This document shows, one piece after another, positions 30,498 to 42,700 of a stretch of 64,000 nucleotides of DNA. The DNA is from Trypanosoma brucei (Eukaryota). A model generated the notes under the pieces. That model did not search any database. It saw only the letters and a program-made list of their open reading frames with translations, and had not been told where the DNA came from. A program made the translations under genes and the position numbers. Location: contig CP000070.1 in assembly GCA_000002445.1 (NCBI GenBank), positions 320,001 through 384,000 of the forward strand. Direction: 5' to 3'. Within the stretch, counting starts at the first letter, position 1. The number at the start of each line of letters is the position of its first letter.

Positions 30498-32315
30498 ATG
30501 AGAAGTAGTGCTAATTTTTTTTTAGCGAATAGTAGTAGCGGCGGACTTTCGAAATATCGCCCCCGATTTCGGCCGAGAAGACTTGTGCTGCCGGTAAATC
30601 CTTCTGATGTGCATAGCATTAGTCGAGCGAATAATCCCATGTACGCGAAATATCAAGAGGGTATTCGATTGAGAAGGAGGGCGGAGCGCCGCGGTGTAAT
30701 TGCACTTTCTTTCGTTCCGTCTGAACGCAGCGTGGGTGATGCTTTTCGGATTATGGTTGAGGTGTGTGAAAAGGAGGGGTTCTTCGAGTCAAAGTCGTCC
30801 ACACCAAATTATCTCCGTAAAGTACGTGAATTAATCAAGCGCGCTGAGACGGAATTAGGGACCGGGGAAAGAGTCAAAAATACGTCCGCGAACCCATCTT
30901 TTTACGACATTGGCTTGTCAGAAGCGAGGGATTTATCAAGAAACGCAGATAAATCACGTCATGCTGAGGGCAATATCGAAACGAGGGAGATAGACTCACT
31001 GTGGAGTCTACTAAATGCTACTCCACTTGATTCCCCCGTTCATGGGATTTTGGCCTTGAGGGGAAAGGCCCTCCTTGAAAGTATAATTGCTAACACCGTA
31101 CAACAACAATATCCACGGCTGCGGTCAAAGCACTTGCAGGAAATCATACATGAGTGTTGTAGTCTTTTGGCATGTGGAAGAGCCGCGTTCCGTCTGGGAT
31201 TCGCTGACGTTTGTGGAATTAATGGGGAGATAAACATGTGGCGTGAACTCAATGTCCTCACTGAGAGGTTCAATACCGCACGACATAAGGCTGCTGCTCA
31301 CCTCCAACGTGTGGAGAAAGGAGTGACACAACAAAGACGATGGTATTGGAGGGGCGTTCTCAGGTCTTCATCTAAGCGATTGAAACAGTTCCCTGTACGT
31401 CAAGGTGATTTACTCCCCCGAATGGAGTGGATAAGGGAGTCTGTGTACGCGTTCGTTGCCTTTGTGGATCTGGCAGAAAAATCAGGTGACAATGTCCGTG
31501 TAGTGCCACTGATTGAAAATCTGTTCTGTGGTCAAATATCCTCGTTTGTAAGCACCAACCAGACACTTAAGAAGGCGCATAGGATGGTTGATATGCTGTC
31601 AAAAGCAAGAATTGAATGTGATGCCACAACGGAAAAAGAGAAAATACAACAATTAGAGTCTCTTTCTACTGACATTGAAAATGAGCTTGCCGCCCTCGAA
31701 CAATTCACTGATGACGAGTTAGGAGTTATGAGCCGTGTCGTTCATCCGCTTAATGCTCGGAGCGACAACCGGAAAGAGCAGTTTTCGTCCAGTGGTGGTG
31801 CCCATGCGGTGCAAAGTCTTAGGGATGACATCTTCGACGATTACCGGGTAACTCGTCACAACAAAGAGGCGCCCCCTATGGTGATCAACTGTATGCGCCC
31901 ACAAAATGCTCTGAAAGAGGCTCAAATCATTCTCCGCTACGATCCGAATGTGTCAGAAACATTGTCGTCATCTCCTATAGATGTCGACCAGGTGATCCGA
32001 AGGGTCACTGAGGTACACGAAACCAATTCTTACGCTACGCTTTACAATTTCCAGCAGTTTAGGCAGGTTGAATATACGGTTTGCCGGCTTTACGCAGGAA
32101 AGCGTTGTATTGGCCAAGGAAAAGGCGAAACCCTGATGGAAGCAGTAAACGAAGCGGCCCAGCACACACTTCTTAATTATTATCTTAAAGACGTGAGCAA
32201 TGCGAACTCCCGTGAAAAAGAAGAGGACGCTGTCACCGAGGCCTTCAGTGCCACTCCACCTGAGTTGACGGAGGTCCGCGTCAAAGAGGCTACGGAGGAA
32301 GAAGTTATTTTTTGA
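30498..32315 (+). CDS. Degenerate RNase III-like domain + dsRNA-binding domain protein, probable organellar (605 aa)
   Basis: RNase III signature region aligned by eye: ...LDSPVHGILALRGKALLESIIANTVQQQYPRL vs canonical ...[27 protein letters not shown] (catalytic E and D replaced by H/G and R/G); C-terminal dsRBD: YATLYNFQQFRQVEYTVCRLYAGKRCIGQGKGETLMEAVNEAAQHTLLNYYLK (G.G.sK.eA...AA..aL motif); R-rich N-terminus (MRSSANFFLANSSSGGLSKYRPRFRPRRL). Confidence 0.65.
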   Translation: MRSSANFFLANSSSGGLSKYRPRFRPRRLVLPVNPSDVHSISRANNPMYAKYQEGIRLRRRAERRGVIALSFVPSERSVGDAFRIMVEVCEKEGFFESKSSTPNYLRKVRELIKRAETELGTGERVKNTSANPSFYDIGLSEARDLSRNADKSRHAEGNIETREIDSLWSLLNATPLDSPVHGILALRGKALLESIIANTVQQQYPRLRSKHLQEIIHECCSLLACGRAAFRLGFADVCGINGEINMWRELNVLTERFNTARHKAAAHLQRVEKGVTQQRRWYWRGVLRSSSKRLKQFPVRQGDLLPRMEWIRESVYAFVAFVDLAEKSGDNVRVVPLIENLFCGQISSFVSTNQTLKKAHRMVDMLSKARIECDATTEKEKIQQLESLSTDIENELAALEQFTDDELGVMSRVVHPLNARSDNRKEQFSSSGGAHAVQSLRDDIFDDYRVTRHNKEAPPMVINCMRPQNALKEAQIILRYDPNVSETLSSSPIDVDQVIRRVTEVHETNSYATLYNFQQFRQVEYTVCRLYAGKRCIGQGKGETLMEAVNEAAQHTLLNYYLKDVSNANSREKEEDAVTEAFSATPPELTEVRVKEATEEEVIF

Positions 32316-32591
32316 CACCTCTTTTCCACAAACATTGAAGTTTAAAAAAACCTACGTGTTGTTTTGCGGATATCGGTTTAGTTTAATATTTAAGTTTGAA
32401 ATTATTGACTTGCTACTGGTCGATCATACAGAACACTTCCTTCTTGTTATTAAGTGAATTTTCAGTAATTCAAATTCTTATGTACCTTCCGCCACTTGTT
32501 TTTTTCTAGGAAAAAGTATACTTGGTATACAGTGGCTCGACAACGTCACGTAACTGTTTAAGGGGGAGTTAAGTGTGCGAGCCGGAGGGAA

Positions 32592-33047
32592 ATGAGTACG
32601 ATGGATGTCCCGGGCACCGCCATTGAGCAGTATTTCAACCAGCTCATCCAGATGAGGCTTCTCACACAGGTGATTGTATCAGATACTCGGGGTGATACGA
32701 CTGTTGCGTGTCTCATGGGTTTGGAACATGGAGGAGACGCTGTTGTTTCGTCATCTGAAGATACGTACGGCGTAGCAGAGTCGATAATGGAAAGCAACGT
32801 CGCCCTTAGTGGTGCTCGATGCTTTCAGAATTTAGACCAACTGAACCTGGGTGTGCCACTCTATGTAAGCTTTCAGTATCACGATGATGTCGTTGTGCAG
32901 ACGCTCGATGGGTGCTGTATGCTGACTCTCATCGGTAGCCGGTCCCAAGGACATTTTGTAGGTGGCCTACTAACACTTCTCGATCAAATACGTTCGTGCG
33001 AGGCATATCAAGAGCTACTAACACAAACTCAACTATGCTTTAGGTGA
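32592..33047 (+). CDS. Hypothetical protein, 151 aa (possible roadblock/longin-like small alpha-beta fold)
   Basis: ATG start, + strand, follows 280-nt pyrimidine-rich spacer; weak resemblance only (IEQYFNQLIQMRLLTQVIVSDTRGDTTVACLMGLEHGG). Confidence 0.35.
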   Translation: MSTMDVPGTAIEQYFNQLIQMRLLTQVIVSDTRGDTTVACLMGLEHGGDAVVSSSEDTYGVAESIMESNVALSGARCFQNLDQLNLGVPLYVSFQYHDDVVVQTLDGCCMLTLIGSRSQGHFVGGLLTLLDQIRSCEAYQELLTQTQLCFR

Positions 33048-33440
33048 AGTATCTACTTCCAGTCGTTTACGTGTCAGAGGCCATATTCTCTTTTCTACAT
33101 TTCCTTTTATTTCCCTGATTGTCTTGAAGTCGCCATGCGGGGTCTATTTGTGACGTTTTGTTGGTCATCGCTATTTCTCATTAATTTATTTGTGTGCTCG
33201 AGCTCTCAGCATCCTGATTCTCTACTCTGGACCCCTTTGCCCTTTCCCTTATTGAACCCCTCTGTGTACAGGTATTTTTTGAAGGCCATTTTCAACGATT
33301 TTCGTCTATAGTTATCCATTCTTTCTCGCATTTGTGCTCTTTCCAAACCTTTCTTTGTTAGGCAGCCGGTACCATTCGCAGCAGCAGCCAGAAGTAGACT
33401 AATTTGCAAGTAGTTTGTACCATACGTTGTCAAAATCGTG

Positions 33441-33995
33441 ATGACTGTGAACATCGTTGCGCGCATTTCCAACTTACCAACCAGTATTACGGACGCTCAC
33501 TTGCGGGAGCTAATTGAACCGTTTGCACGAGTGAGGTGTATTATTATGCCCAAGTCTGCTCTTTGGCAGACGTGTCCCACGGGGCGCGCGGAAGTTGTGG
33601 GTGCCACGACTGATGACACTATATTGGTATACGTCCATCTCCACGGATCTATCATTGATGGTAATCGAGTAAACGTATCATTTGGGAAAGTAGCCAAATG
33701 TGTTCAACCGACTTCTTCATCACGCTTCGCGGGAGAACGGCGGGAGAGGACGTCACGCCGCACGCGTAGTGAAAGCAGGGGGGCGCGGAAAAGACCGAAG
33801 AGGGGCGATCGTAGTGGGGAATATTGCAGTAGGGGGCATGGGAAGCGGCAGACAGTGAGGCGGTCACCTACTCCACGGAAAACGAGGCGCTACTCTACAT
33901 CTCCTTCGAGCAGAAGCTCCTCTTCCGGACGGGACTCGTGGTCAAGCGACAGAAGCCGAAGCCGAAGCCGCTCCCCGTACCCAAGTTGGAGCTAA
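33441..33995 (+). CDS. RRM-like domain protein with RS/SR-rich C-terminus (184 aa); track start 33438 is GTG
   Basis: N-terminal RRM-like segment (VNIVARISNLPTSITDAHLRELIEPFARVRCIIMPK...ILVYVHLHGSIIDGNRVNVSFGK) followed by RRERTSRRTRSESRGARKRPKRGDRSGEY...SSRSSSSGRDSWSSDRSRSRSRSPYP. Confidence 0.5.
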   Translation: MTVNIVARISNLPTSITDAHLRELIEPFARVRCIIMPKSALWQTCPTGRAEVVGATTDDTILVYVHLHGSIIDGNRVNVSFGKVAKCVQPTSSSRFAGERRERTSRRTRSESRGARKRPKRGDRSGEYCSRGHGKRQTVRRSPTPRKTRRYSTSPSSRSSSSGRDSWSSDRSRSRSRSPYPSWS

Positions 33996-34448
33996 TAGCA
34001 TTAAGGTAACTGGGCTCTCATTTCAGTTGGGAGAAGTGAGGTGTTCTCAATCGAGATTAACGAGTTGGCGCACGGATGTGTTGTGCGGAAAATGCGTGAG
34101 ACGAACAAGGAGTTGTTCCGTCGATATGTTTTTGTTCCCCTCCTTCTGGCAGATAGTTGTTTGTTCGTTGAAATTAATACTGGTTTAATGTCTCTTTCCC
34201 CTCAATTTAAGTGGATGCGCTCTTACACTTTCAACGGCGCTGTCATGACAAGAGGATATTGTTATCGTAATATGTGTATGTGCACTTGTATAAGCACATG
34301 CTATATATATACTTTTTTAAACCCCCTTGATCATACATTACAGTAAAACCATTACGGGGTTGCCTGTTTCTGATTTGGCTACTGCAACAAAAAATCATAT
34401 TAGTAGGGAGAGAGTATTTGTAAAATAAGTAGGGTAGGGAGGGAAGTG

Positions 34449-36110
34449 ATGAACAATGCTAATGACACTTTAGATTACAGTGGTAACACTTCCTCTACGT
34501 ATTCTGCCGCTGTAAACGAAGAATTTTTAACTCCTACAAGACGTACTCATGTGTCAGTGTCCACTTCTCACGTGAGCAGCTCCGAAGCTGACTTCGTCAC
34601 GGGATCAATGGTCGACGATGAAGAATATTACAATGAATACACTAGTGGGTATGAAAGCAGAGTGTATACTCATGCATCCTTCACCTACGACGAATTTTCT
34701 TCTGGATCCCCAAATTCCGACGACCTGAGTTCAACGTTCATGAGCTACTATATTGATAGTGTCATAGGCCAAAAGACTCGCTATTTTTTTTCTGTTCTGC
34801 GAAAGCCAATCGTGTTCTTCTCGTTGATATTGCCTGGGTCTAACTTTGTTGGGTCCCTTGGTCGTCTGGTATACGCTGTAACTGTATCTGCGTCCAGACG
34901 CACAGCGGTAAATTATTCTATGGGCGTGGAAACCCTTTGCGTCCTTCCTAAGGGGTATGGGCACATGCCGGAGCACTTGCAGCGCGCACGTCTTGCATTG
35001 CCCTCATTTGTTGAGTACTTTGCTAAAATGTTGTTGCGACTCAGTGGAGTTCCTTCGCTTGCTGATTTGCAGAAGAGAAAATGGTTAGAAACGGTGCGAA
35101 TTCTGAAGAGTGCAACTGGGGAGATTATATCACAGTCAGCCCACCGGTCTTCAGGGCCAATGATACCGCTTGCAGTTTTCCTTCCAGTGTTTTCACTCAG
35201 TGTTATTACGATAGCTCGAGGCGTGATTTCACGGCAACAAACCTATAACGAATATGAGGAGGACGAGGACGTGGCGTACGAAGCGGCGCATTCAGGTAGT
35301 TACAAGGGGGTGGCAGCTTCGCGAGGGTTGGATGCGCTACAGCTGTCTGGATTAGATGACTCATTCCCAAATCTAGGATCGGAAAAATCAAACGAGGTTA
35401 ACTACAGTGGGGTGGAAACGCCGAAAGGTTCACCACCCGCCCCCGAACTTTTCCCGTCTCCTAAACCACAAGGTGAGAGACATGCCCCCTCTGAGACACA
35501 AACGAACCCCCAAACAGTACCAACTTCGAGGGATTTATCTCCTGATTCTTCCGCTGTCGGTGATGAATTTAAATTGATAATGTCCCCCACATCAGAGGAT
35601 CCGGGGCGAGCCCCTTCTGCGGCTTCCCGGGAAGCTGTTCGGCATCCTAAACAGTACGATCTAAGGGGTGATGTCGTAATCGCTTTGACTGGGGAGCCGT
35701 CACCTCAAGAGGTGGATGTTCTGCTTATGGCGGCGGCGAAATATAAGTGTCGGAGGGTAATTTTGCCCTCTTTAGTGGCAGACACAGCGCTGGCGTCAGT
35801 GCATCCTTTAGTGGATGTGGTGAAGGTCAGCGATGTGATGGAACATGTCATGAGTGTTGAGGAAAGCGAAGGGCGGACTACTGTTGGAGTTTTTCTGCGG
35901 CCAGTAACTGATGAAACGGAGGAATTGCGGCTCTTCACACACCCTACCTCTGTAGTATACATTTTTGTGCCTGCGGCATTTTTGGAGGCTAATGTTATCG
36001 CACATCTGGTTGACCGTAGCGTTTATTATTCGGCATCGTTGGACGAACCCTTCCCCATCAATGTGTGTCTTTATGACCGCCTTACTAAAGAGCGACGGGA
36101 GGGTGCGTGA
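34449..36110 (+). CDS. Hypothetical protein with two predicted TM segments, 553 aa; track start 34446 is GTG
   Basis: Long ORF, ATG at 34449; acidic/S-rich N-terminus, hydrophobic segments PIVFFSLILPGSNFVGSLGRLVYAVTV and PMIPLAVFLPVFSLSVITIA; no recognised domain. Confidence 0.45.
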   Translation: MNNANDTLDYSGNTSSTYSAAVNEEFLTPTRRTHVSVSTSHVSSSEADFVTGSMVDDEEYYNEYTSGYESRVYTHASFTYDEFSSGSPNSDDLSSTFMSYYIDSVIGQKTRYFFSVLRKPIVFFSLILPGSNFVGSLGRLVYAVTVSASRRTAVNYSMGVETLCVLPKGYGHMPEHLQRARLALPSFVEYFAKMLLRLSGVPSLADLQKRKWLETVRILKSATGEIISQSAHRSSGPMIPLAVFLPVFSLSVITIARGVISRQQTYNEYEEDEDVAYEAAHSGSYKGVAASRGLDALQLSGLDDSFPNLGSEKSNEVNYSGVETPKGSPPAPELFPSPKPQGERHAPSETQTNPQTVPTSRDLSPDSSAVGDEFKLIMSPTSEDPGRAPSAASREAVRHPKQYDLRGDVVIALTGEPSPQEVDVLLMAAAKYKCRRVILPSLVADTALASVHPLVDVVKVSDVMEHVMSVEESEGRTTVGVFLRPVTDETEELRLFTHPTSVVYIFVPAAFLEANVIAHLVDRSVYYSASLDEPFPINVCLYDRLTKERREGA

Positions 36111-36650
36111 TCAACGAAGTCATTGTTTGAGTTGTGTCCAGGTGTGTATTTGTGTATGTGTTTATTGGGATGGGGTTATAAATACGCTTTGTACTTTTTT
36201 CTTAATGATCAAGTAACAACACATATTGGTGAGAGGGGTACTCCTGTCTTGTACATTTGCCATCCAGGGTTTTAACACCACCCCTTACCGATGGGTGCAT
36301 GCTTGTACTCGTACAGTGCGTCCGCTTCTCTCTATCCATATATCATCGCAGCAGCATTTAACCGTTCATGCACTCTTGTTTGACATTTTCTTCCTCTTTC
36401 CCCCCTTTTACATTCCTCTGTAAACTTGGACGATGATATTTTAAATGTTTTGTTCGAACTATCAGCGCGTAAAGGGCAAAGCACTGCTTCTCAGGAAAAC
36501 CTACGGAGTGGTCTTGAGTTGTTTTTGCTCGGGCTGTACCGAACTGGTTGTGCAGGGAAGTTCCATAGAAAAAGATAAAATAGGTTTACTCGTAATTTCG
36601 CTTCCTATTTTTAACACGGATAGACTTTTTTCTCTGGGGGTTCGCACTAA

Positions 36651-36666
36651 TATATATATATATATA
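36651..36666. repeat. (TA)n microsatellite
   Basis: tatatatatatatata. Confidence 0.85.
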
Positions 36667-36730
36667 CATTGTACAGCCGTACAAGGTGCACAAACGTTTT
36701 TAAAATTTGTGCGTATAGATTTTCCATTAT

Positions 36731-39223
36731 ATGCTTCGACCGCACTGCACTGAGCGAGTCCCTTCCTGTATAGATTCAGGATCCGGAAATGTCGTTTTTG
36801 CGTTGCATCCAGACCCATTTGGTAACCAAGTTTGCTGGGGCAGCTGCGTCGTGACGCGAAATCTGGAGTTGGTTTTCAGCCGCCCTTCGTATGGGGCGTC
36901 TCGGCTCAAAATCCCCGGGGCGCATGAAAAGGGAGACACCTCGCAATTTTTTTGTTTTTCGTGTGTCAACGCGACGAAGTTGTTGGGCGTTCCCATTGAA
37001 CCCAAATGGGTGATGAGCTACGACTTGAGCTCAAACAGCTACTCGGAGGAGACAGAAATGAGCCATGCAAACTCGGTGTTGCAGGGACTCCCGACGGTTG
37101 CCATGTTGCTCATGACAAATAACGCTGAAACTAAGTTGCTCGTCGTAAACCCTGTTTTGCACGTGGAAAAGAAAGAGCAGATCATTACTTATCGTGCAAC
37201 CCTGCTTACCTCGCCCGACAGCGTTCAACATGTCGTGATGTGCCGTGGGGGTAGGGTGGTGCTGCTACTTGAGCAATGTGTGGGTGGTAATGTCGCATCG
37301 CAATGTTTCGGCTTACTTATCCGGGATGGGCAGCCCCATGCACCATTCAAATCCGTGCGGCTTACCGTTCCAGGTGAGTTTATCGCGTCGATGCCCGCCC
37401 AGCGGATTATTTGTGCAAGAGCACGAAGACCTCTGGGTCAGACTACGCATGCAATGATTGAGACAGTCGATACAGAAGTTACAACCTTCACCGATCATGG
37501 TGTGGTAATCGTATTTCGGATAGGCGTATCTGATGCGGAACCACAGAGAGTAACTTGTGTGTGGGTTTCGCACCTTTTCCGGCGGAGTGAGTCGCAGAAA
37601 AAACTTCTTAGACCCCTCGGTGTGGTTGAAAGGTGGAATACAACTATGTCTTTCAAGCAAGCAACGGGACTTGCCGGCACAAAGCCGCCACTCCCTCCTC
37701 TGGGGTGCGAGGTACCGCAACAGTTACAGGGATTTAAAACACACTCGTCAATTATTTGCGCAAGTTCCAATGGTGCACTGATTCTAGTCGCCAAACCCAA
37801 CTCCCCAGATGCGTTTATCGCCTGTCTAGGAGCGAGCGTTCATGAACGCTCGAGTGCGAATGCGGGTGTTGGCGTATCTTTGCCACCGAGTTTGAACCTT
37901 TGTGACGCTTCGTGGATTAGTGGGCCCCTTTGTGGCTTTTTGCTTCTTGGTAACGATGATGGCAGAAAGGTTCTCTCTCTTTATTTTCTTCCGCTCACCG
38001 GAGAGTCACCACGGCGGGTGCACATTGAGCAAACCGACTGCGAGTGGGCAAACATAGAGAACAGGAATGTTCGCTTCTTTTCTCTCAGCACAGTAGTGAA
38101 TATATTTGGAGTCCCCCAGTTGCGCATATCACTGCTCTTTTCCCAGCACCGCAAAAGAGGGGACACACAGATAGAAGACTGGAGTGAATTACGTACTTGT
38201 CTCTTCTCTTTTCCAACAGTTGCATCCCTATCATCGGTTGAGGACCCCGCACACGTGTCAACCCTTGTTTATTGCACTGGACTGGCTGCTTTTGAGGCAA
38301 TTCCCTGGCCTGTGGGTACGTCTGCACGAACTAAGTGTACAGATGAGGTCCACGGTTTCGGTGATGTACAACTTTCGACAGAAGCTGCTCTCGAGTCACA
38401 ATTAAAACGTTGGCCTCATTTGGAAGAATCGGGAATTGAATTCTTCTGCGGATTAATACATGAGATGATTCAACGTCTCACGACTAGCGTACAACGATGT
38501 CGTTTCGTTGATTCGGGGTTCGGCAACCGGGCCGTTGCCGCACTGGTAGCAGTGTTCCAGGGTGTAGCTGAGGCTTTCGTCACCCTCGGTGTTGCGTATT
38601 CATCAACTCTTCTGAAGCGTTATTTGTGCTATGTTCACAGCATTCTGGTCATACTTCGCCAGGCGCTGACAGTTATGGGTCAGTATGGTGCAATATCTGC
38701 CTGCTTCTCCGCAGTAGCTCCGTTTGCGCATCTTGATAGCAGTGGAAGCGAAGGCGAACTACAACCTGAGTGGCGCGCGTTGCTTGGGGCACTCTTTGAC
38801 GAGGCATTAGCACACACGTGTGCTTACCCTTCGCTGGCACAGGCGCTTCTTCCGCACTGCAGCGCAGGTGTGAAACAAATAATGGAGGCTGGACGACGCA
38901 TGGAACAGTGGACGCACAAGCAACAAGAAACCGCAGCTACGACCTTAACGACAGCTGATAGGGGTGAGAGCACACAGGTCCGAACACTGCAAGAGGTTCT
39001 CTCGCTCGTGCGGAATGGGGCGCCTGCATTGTCGATGCTCTCCCCTGCTGACGTCTGTTGCGCGTCGCGGCGTTTGTTCTTCAGCGATGGAATAGACACA
39101 GTACAGGCTTTCCTGAAGAGTTTCGTTGGCGACTACTGGATGAATTGTCCAGATATACAAGCCGTTTGTAAGGAGTATGAAACAGTGAAAGAGGACATGG
39201 ATATAGTTCTTCAGTGCCGTTAA
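36731..39223 (+). CDS. Hypothetical protein, 830 aa
   Basis: Uninterrupted 2.5 kb + strand ORF with ATG start, same orientation as neighbours; no recognisable domain. Confidence 0.5.
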   Translation: MLRPHCTERVPSCIDSGSGNVVFALHPDPFGNQVCWGSCVVTRNLELVFSRPSYGASRLKIPGAHEKGDTSQFFCFSCVNATKLLGVPIEPKWVMSYDLSSNSYSEETEMSHANSVLQGLPTVAMLLMTNNAETKLLVVNPVLHVEKKEQIITYRATLLTSPDSVQHVVMCRGGRVVLLLEQCVGGNVASQCFGLLIRDGQPHAPFKSVRLTVPGEFIASMPAQRIICARARRPLGQTTHAMIETVDTEVTTFTDHGVVIVFRIGVSDAEPQRVTCVWVSHLFRRSESQKKLLRPLGVVERWNTTMSFKQATGLAGTKPPLPPLGCEVPQQLQGFKTHSSIICASSNGALILVAKPNSPDAFIACLGASVHERSSANAGVGVSLPPSLNLCDASWISGPLCGFLLLGNDDGRKVLSLYFLPLTGESPRRVHIEQTDCEWANIENRNVRFFSLSTVVNIFGVPQLRISLLFSQHRKRGDTQIEDWSELRTCLFSFPTVASLSSVEDPAHVSTLVYCTGLAAFEAIPWPVGTSARTKCTDEVHGFGDVQLSTEAALESQLKRWPHLEESGIEFFCGLIHEMIQRLTTSVQRCRFVDSGFGNRAVAALVAVFQGVAEAFVTLGVAYSSTLLKRYLCYVHSILVILRQALTVMGQYGAISACFSAVAPFAHLDSSGSEGELQPEWRALLGALFDEALAHTCAYPSLAQALLPHCSAGVKQIMEAGRRMEQWTHKQQETAATTLTTADRGESTQVRTLQEVLSLVRNGAPALSMLSPADVCCASRRLFFSDGIDTVQAFLKSFVGDYWMNCPDIQAVCKEYETVKEDMDIVLQCR

Positions 39224-39795
39224 ACACATGGGGCCCAACGCGGAAAAATTACCCACTTGGTCGCAAAAAAAAAAAAAGAAATGTGATGGTATACAATCTT
39301 TTTTTTATTTGTTTTCCAGTTCTCATGTCAGGACACATTCCATGCGTACAGAAAACACTTTAATTTGTTGGTTGTGTAAGGGTATAATAAGTGTGTTCTT
39401 TTCAGATCTGCGTCGTATGCAATATCTCACCCCCCTTCTCGTATTTCCCGTACGCCTTACTGCTGTGGATAAATAGTCACACCTTCTCGTTTACGCCATG
39501 CTGTGTTGGCGAAGCGAGAATGCTACTTTTCATTTATTTCTTTTGTGAGCTCTCATCTTTTGCACTTAATTCTTTGAAAACTGAAGCACTTTTCCTTGGC
39601 AGTGAGGTTAAGCTTGGTAAGGGGTATAACATCATTTTTATTTCTGGAAACGGCTGTGGAAACAGAAATAAAATTGGCTGGGTTGATACACAAGAACCGG
39701 GGTTGGTAGTGTGGCGTTAGCCGCAGTGGGTGAACGTTTGGGCGAAGCAGCTTCATTTTCAACACCAATCCCAATATCGTCCTTTGTTTACCAGC

Positions 39796-42700
39796 ATGGA
39801 CGCAATAAATGAATCAACATTGATGAGCCGCGCTGCCCCAAATGCACCGAAGGGTATAAGTGTCCTCAATAAGAGCGTGCATGAGTCCATGCATTTCCCA
39901 CCTGCATGGGTTTCTCTTTCGGTTGGCCACTTGGATGATGCCTACTCCCTGAGCAGCAAAAACAACGATGTTCTGTGTTTGGCAGCCTCCCTTGTGATGC
40001 GAGGGGACACAGAGAGAGCACTAAAGATGATGGAAGCGCTTATAATCTCCAGTTGTGTCGTAGTCCACGAACGCCTAAAGGGGCTGCTGTCTGATGATTG
40101 CTCCTCCTTGAAACGGATGAGCCAAGTCTTGTTAAGCCATGTGCGTGGTAGAGCCGCACTCGCAGCAGCACTGGGTGCGAGCATTGATCCTACCAGTGAA
40201 GAGTGTCAGCAAGCTGCCATGGGCGCATGCGAGATTGTGGATTGGGATGTTATCCACAGGTGGTTTATCATTGCTCTCCTCCTGCACGATGGGGATTATA
40301 AAGCATCGGACATTGTGTGGTTTCATCACTTTTTCGCGCTACCCCCCATGACGACCCTCGATGGGAGCCCGAAATCGGCCACCTCAGCTAGGAAGCGGGA
40401 TGCCGATACGTTGTCGGCCGGTTTTCTTGGTGAAGGTCCAACTGCTATGTGGGCCCCTATGGATGCATCCCAAATGAAGGACATACTACTATCCCACTGT
40501 GGCAAGGATGAGGTGCTTCTCATTTCCACCATATGCGCGTGGAAGACGCGACGCTATCGAAGTGTAACCACTAGCGCGACTGAGTTTTTGGCCCTGGCAG
40601 GTGGGGACCAGGTGATTCTGGATGACTACATGAGCATAATGGTGCGCTTCGTTCTTTGTATGAGTCTAATCGAGCTTGGAGAGCGCACGCTTGCTGGCAA
40701 GGAGGTGGCCATACTGATGCAACACAAGGAACCGTTTGTAGCGATGGTTGGTTGCAGCATTGCTACTTTTCTTCTACCGCTTCCGGAGTGTGTCGGGCGC
40801 ATCACCTCATTTAACGGGCCAATTCCGCGGCGGAGGTATTTGATTGCTTTGTGTGAATACATTCATGCCCTTACCCTTTTGCAGCTAGGTTCGATGGAAG
40901 CTGCAATACGGGTCATCAGGGAGGCACTTCCTTATTCGTCTTCGCACAATGTAGGTGAATGGCTCTTGGACATTCTTTGCATCGCCTGTACGGCCATAGA
41001 AGACTCCAAAACGATAAGTGAGTGGCCCGTTTCCGTCCACCGGCAGCTGTACCTTGCACTGGCCCCCGCCTTTTTCGGTGGGTTTAACATGCACGAGCTG
41101 AAGGTGAACATGAAGTCGCCCCTAGGGCGAATGGTATACCCGCGGCGGACCGCCTTATGCGCTTCCATTAAGCAGATGCTTCCCGTGTACATGGTGCGGG
41201 CCAACCAAAAATTCGCTAAGGGAGAGTACGTTGAAGCATGGGAAAACGTGACGCTGGCGGTGGCTTGCGCAGAGGAGATTATCGGGTCTGTTGAGTTCGC
41301 CTTCACTGATTGCTCGCCCATGCTTGTGTACGCATTTGGTTGCCGTGTTGGTGAGCATGTGATCGGTGAACTAATGTCTTCGTCGACATCTGAAGAATTT
41401 TCAACATGTTCCGTTGCAGGTGATACCGCTGCCCTCGTTCAAAAAAGTGATATGCTGGGGGAAAGTGTGATACAATTATGCTTGCAGTGGGCCCGGCGGA
41501 TACGGGAGTTTCACCCCAACGCTCGTTTGGGGGCTTTGACGATGTCTAAATGCACCACTTTTGCCCACACTGACAACTTCTTGAGCCGTGCAATGGATGT
41601 GGCTCACCGTTATCCAGGAAGCGCACTTGCGCAGAACTGTCTTACGCTTGCACTTTACGGTAATCACAACATTCCGGAGGCAGCTGACAGCGCGGCCAAT
41701 GCACTTCAAACGTTCCCACACACAGTGGAGGTGAAGGCACTTTACGGTTATATGCTGAAAAAGGACGGTCTATACTATTATAACTATCGTGGCCTTATTC
41801 CCGTTCATTGTTCCCCGTGCAACGATTATAAGTGGGCGAAACGTAACATCACCACACTCATACTACTTCTAATCAACGTTGTCGTTATATTGGTGACGCT
41901 GTCGTTGAACTTGCCGAATGTGTTCTCGCTGTCGGAAACTGCAAGAGAAATAGCCGTTAGGGTGCAACTTCCTACTCTGATTCCCATCAGCTACACGCTC
42001 GTGGTGTTTACCTACGCAATCACGGCGAGCTTTACGAAGAACAATCTTACACACACGATACTGCAGGACCTCTTTTTTGACAATGGGCCGCTGAACCGTT
42101 TTGTCTTCGCTATGCGTGGGATTGCCTTCGTGAACGCAAGCAATGCGCTGTTGATAACTATCGCGGGTAACAATTTCCTATTTACCTCGCATTGGTACAC
42201 CTTTTTGTTCTACCTCGTATTATTCATCGTGTTCGTCCCCTTTACTTCACACCTATGGCTTCTTCCTTCTTCGGATCAGCCCAGGGAGGCGATGTGGACA
42301 TGGCTTGCATTGGTTTCTATCGACGTTGCTGCTACTGCTTTTCTGCTGGTGCCACATGTCATATTATTCGTCATCGAGCCGCTTATGTTCGCCTTGTTCT
42401 TCCTGCAGGGGAGCACCTATCGACCCACCCAAGACAACGTGAGCGGAAACGTAAAGAAAAGGTTGGTGATCCACACAGCGTACCGTAACGTGATGCCATC
42501 GCGTTATGCAGTGACTACTGGGTCGGGGTTTATTCATTTGTCTTTGTTGAAGCTTCTGTTTTACAAGACGCACTCGTCGTTATCGACTAAGTACCTGATT
42601 CGTGCACAGACAGATGAAGAGAACTACCGAGTGTTTCCGTTAATTGAGGTATTCGAGCCGATCTCCCCTGCACCAATCGAACTGGACGAAGGGACGAAAT

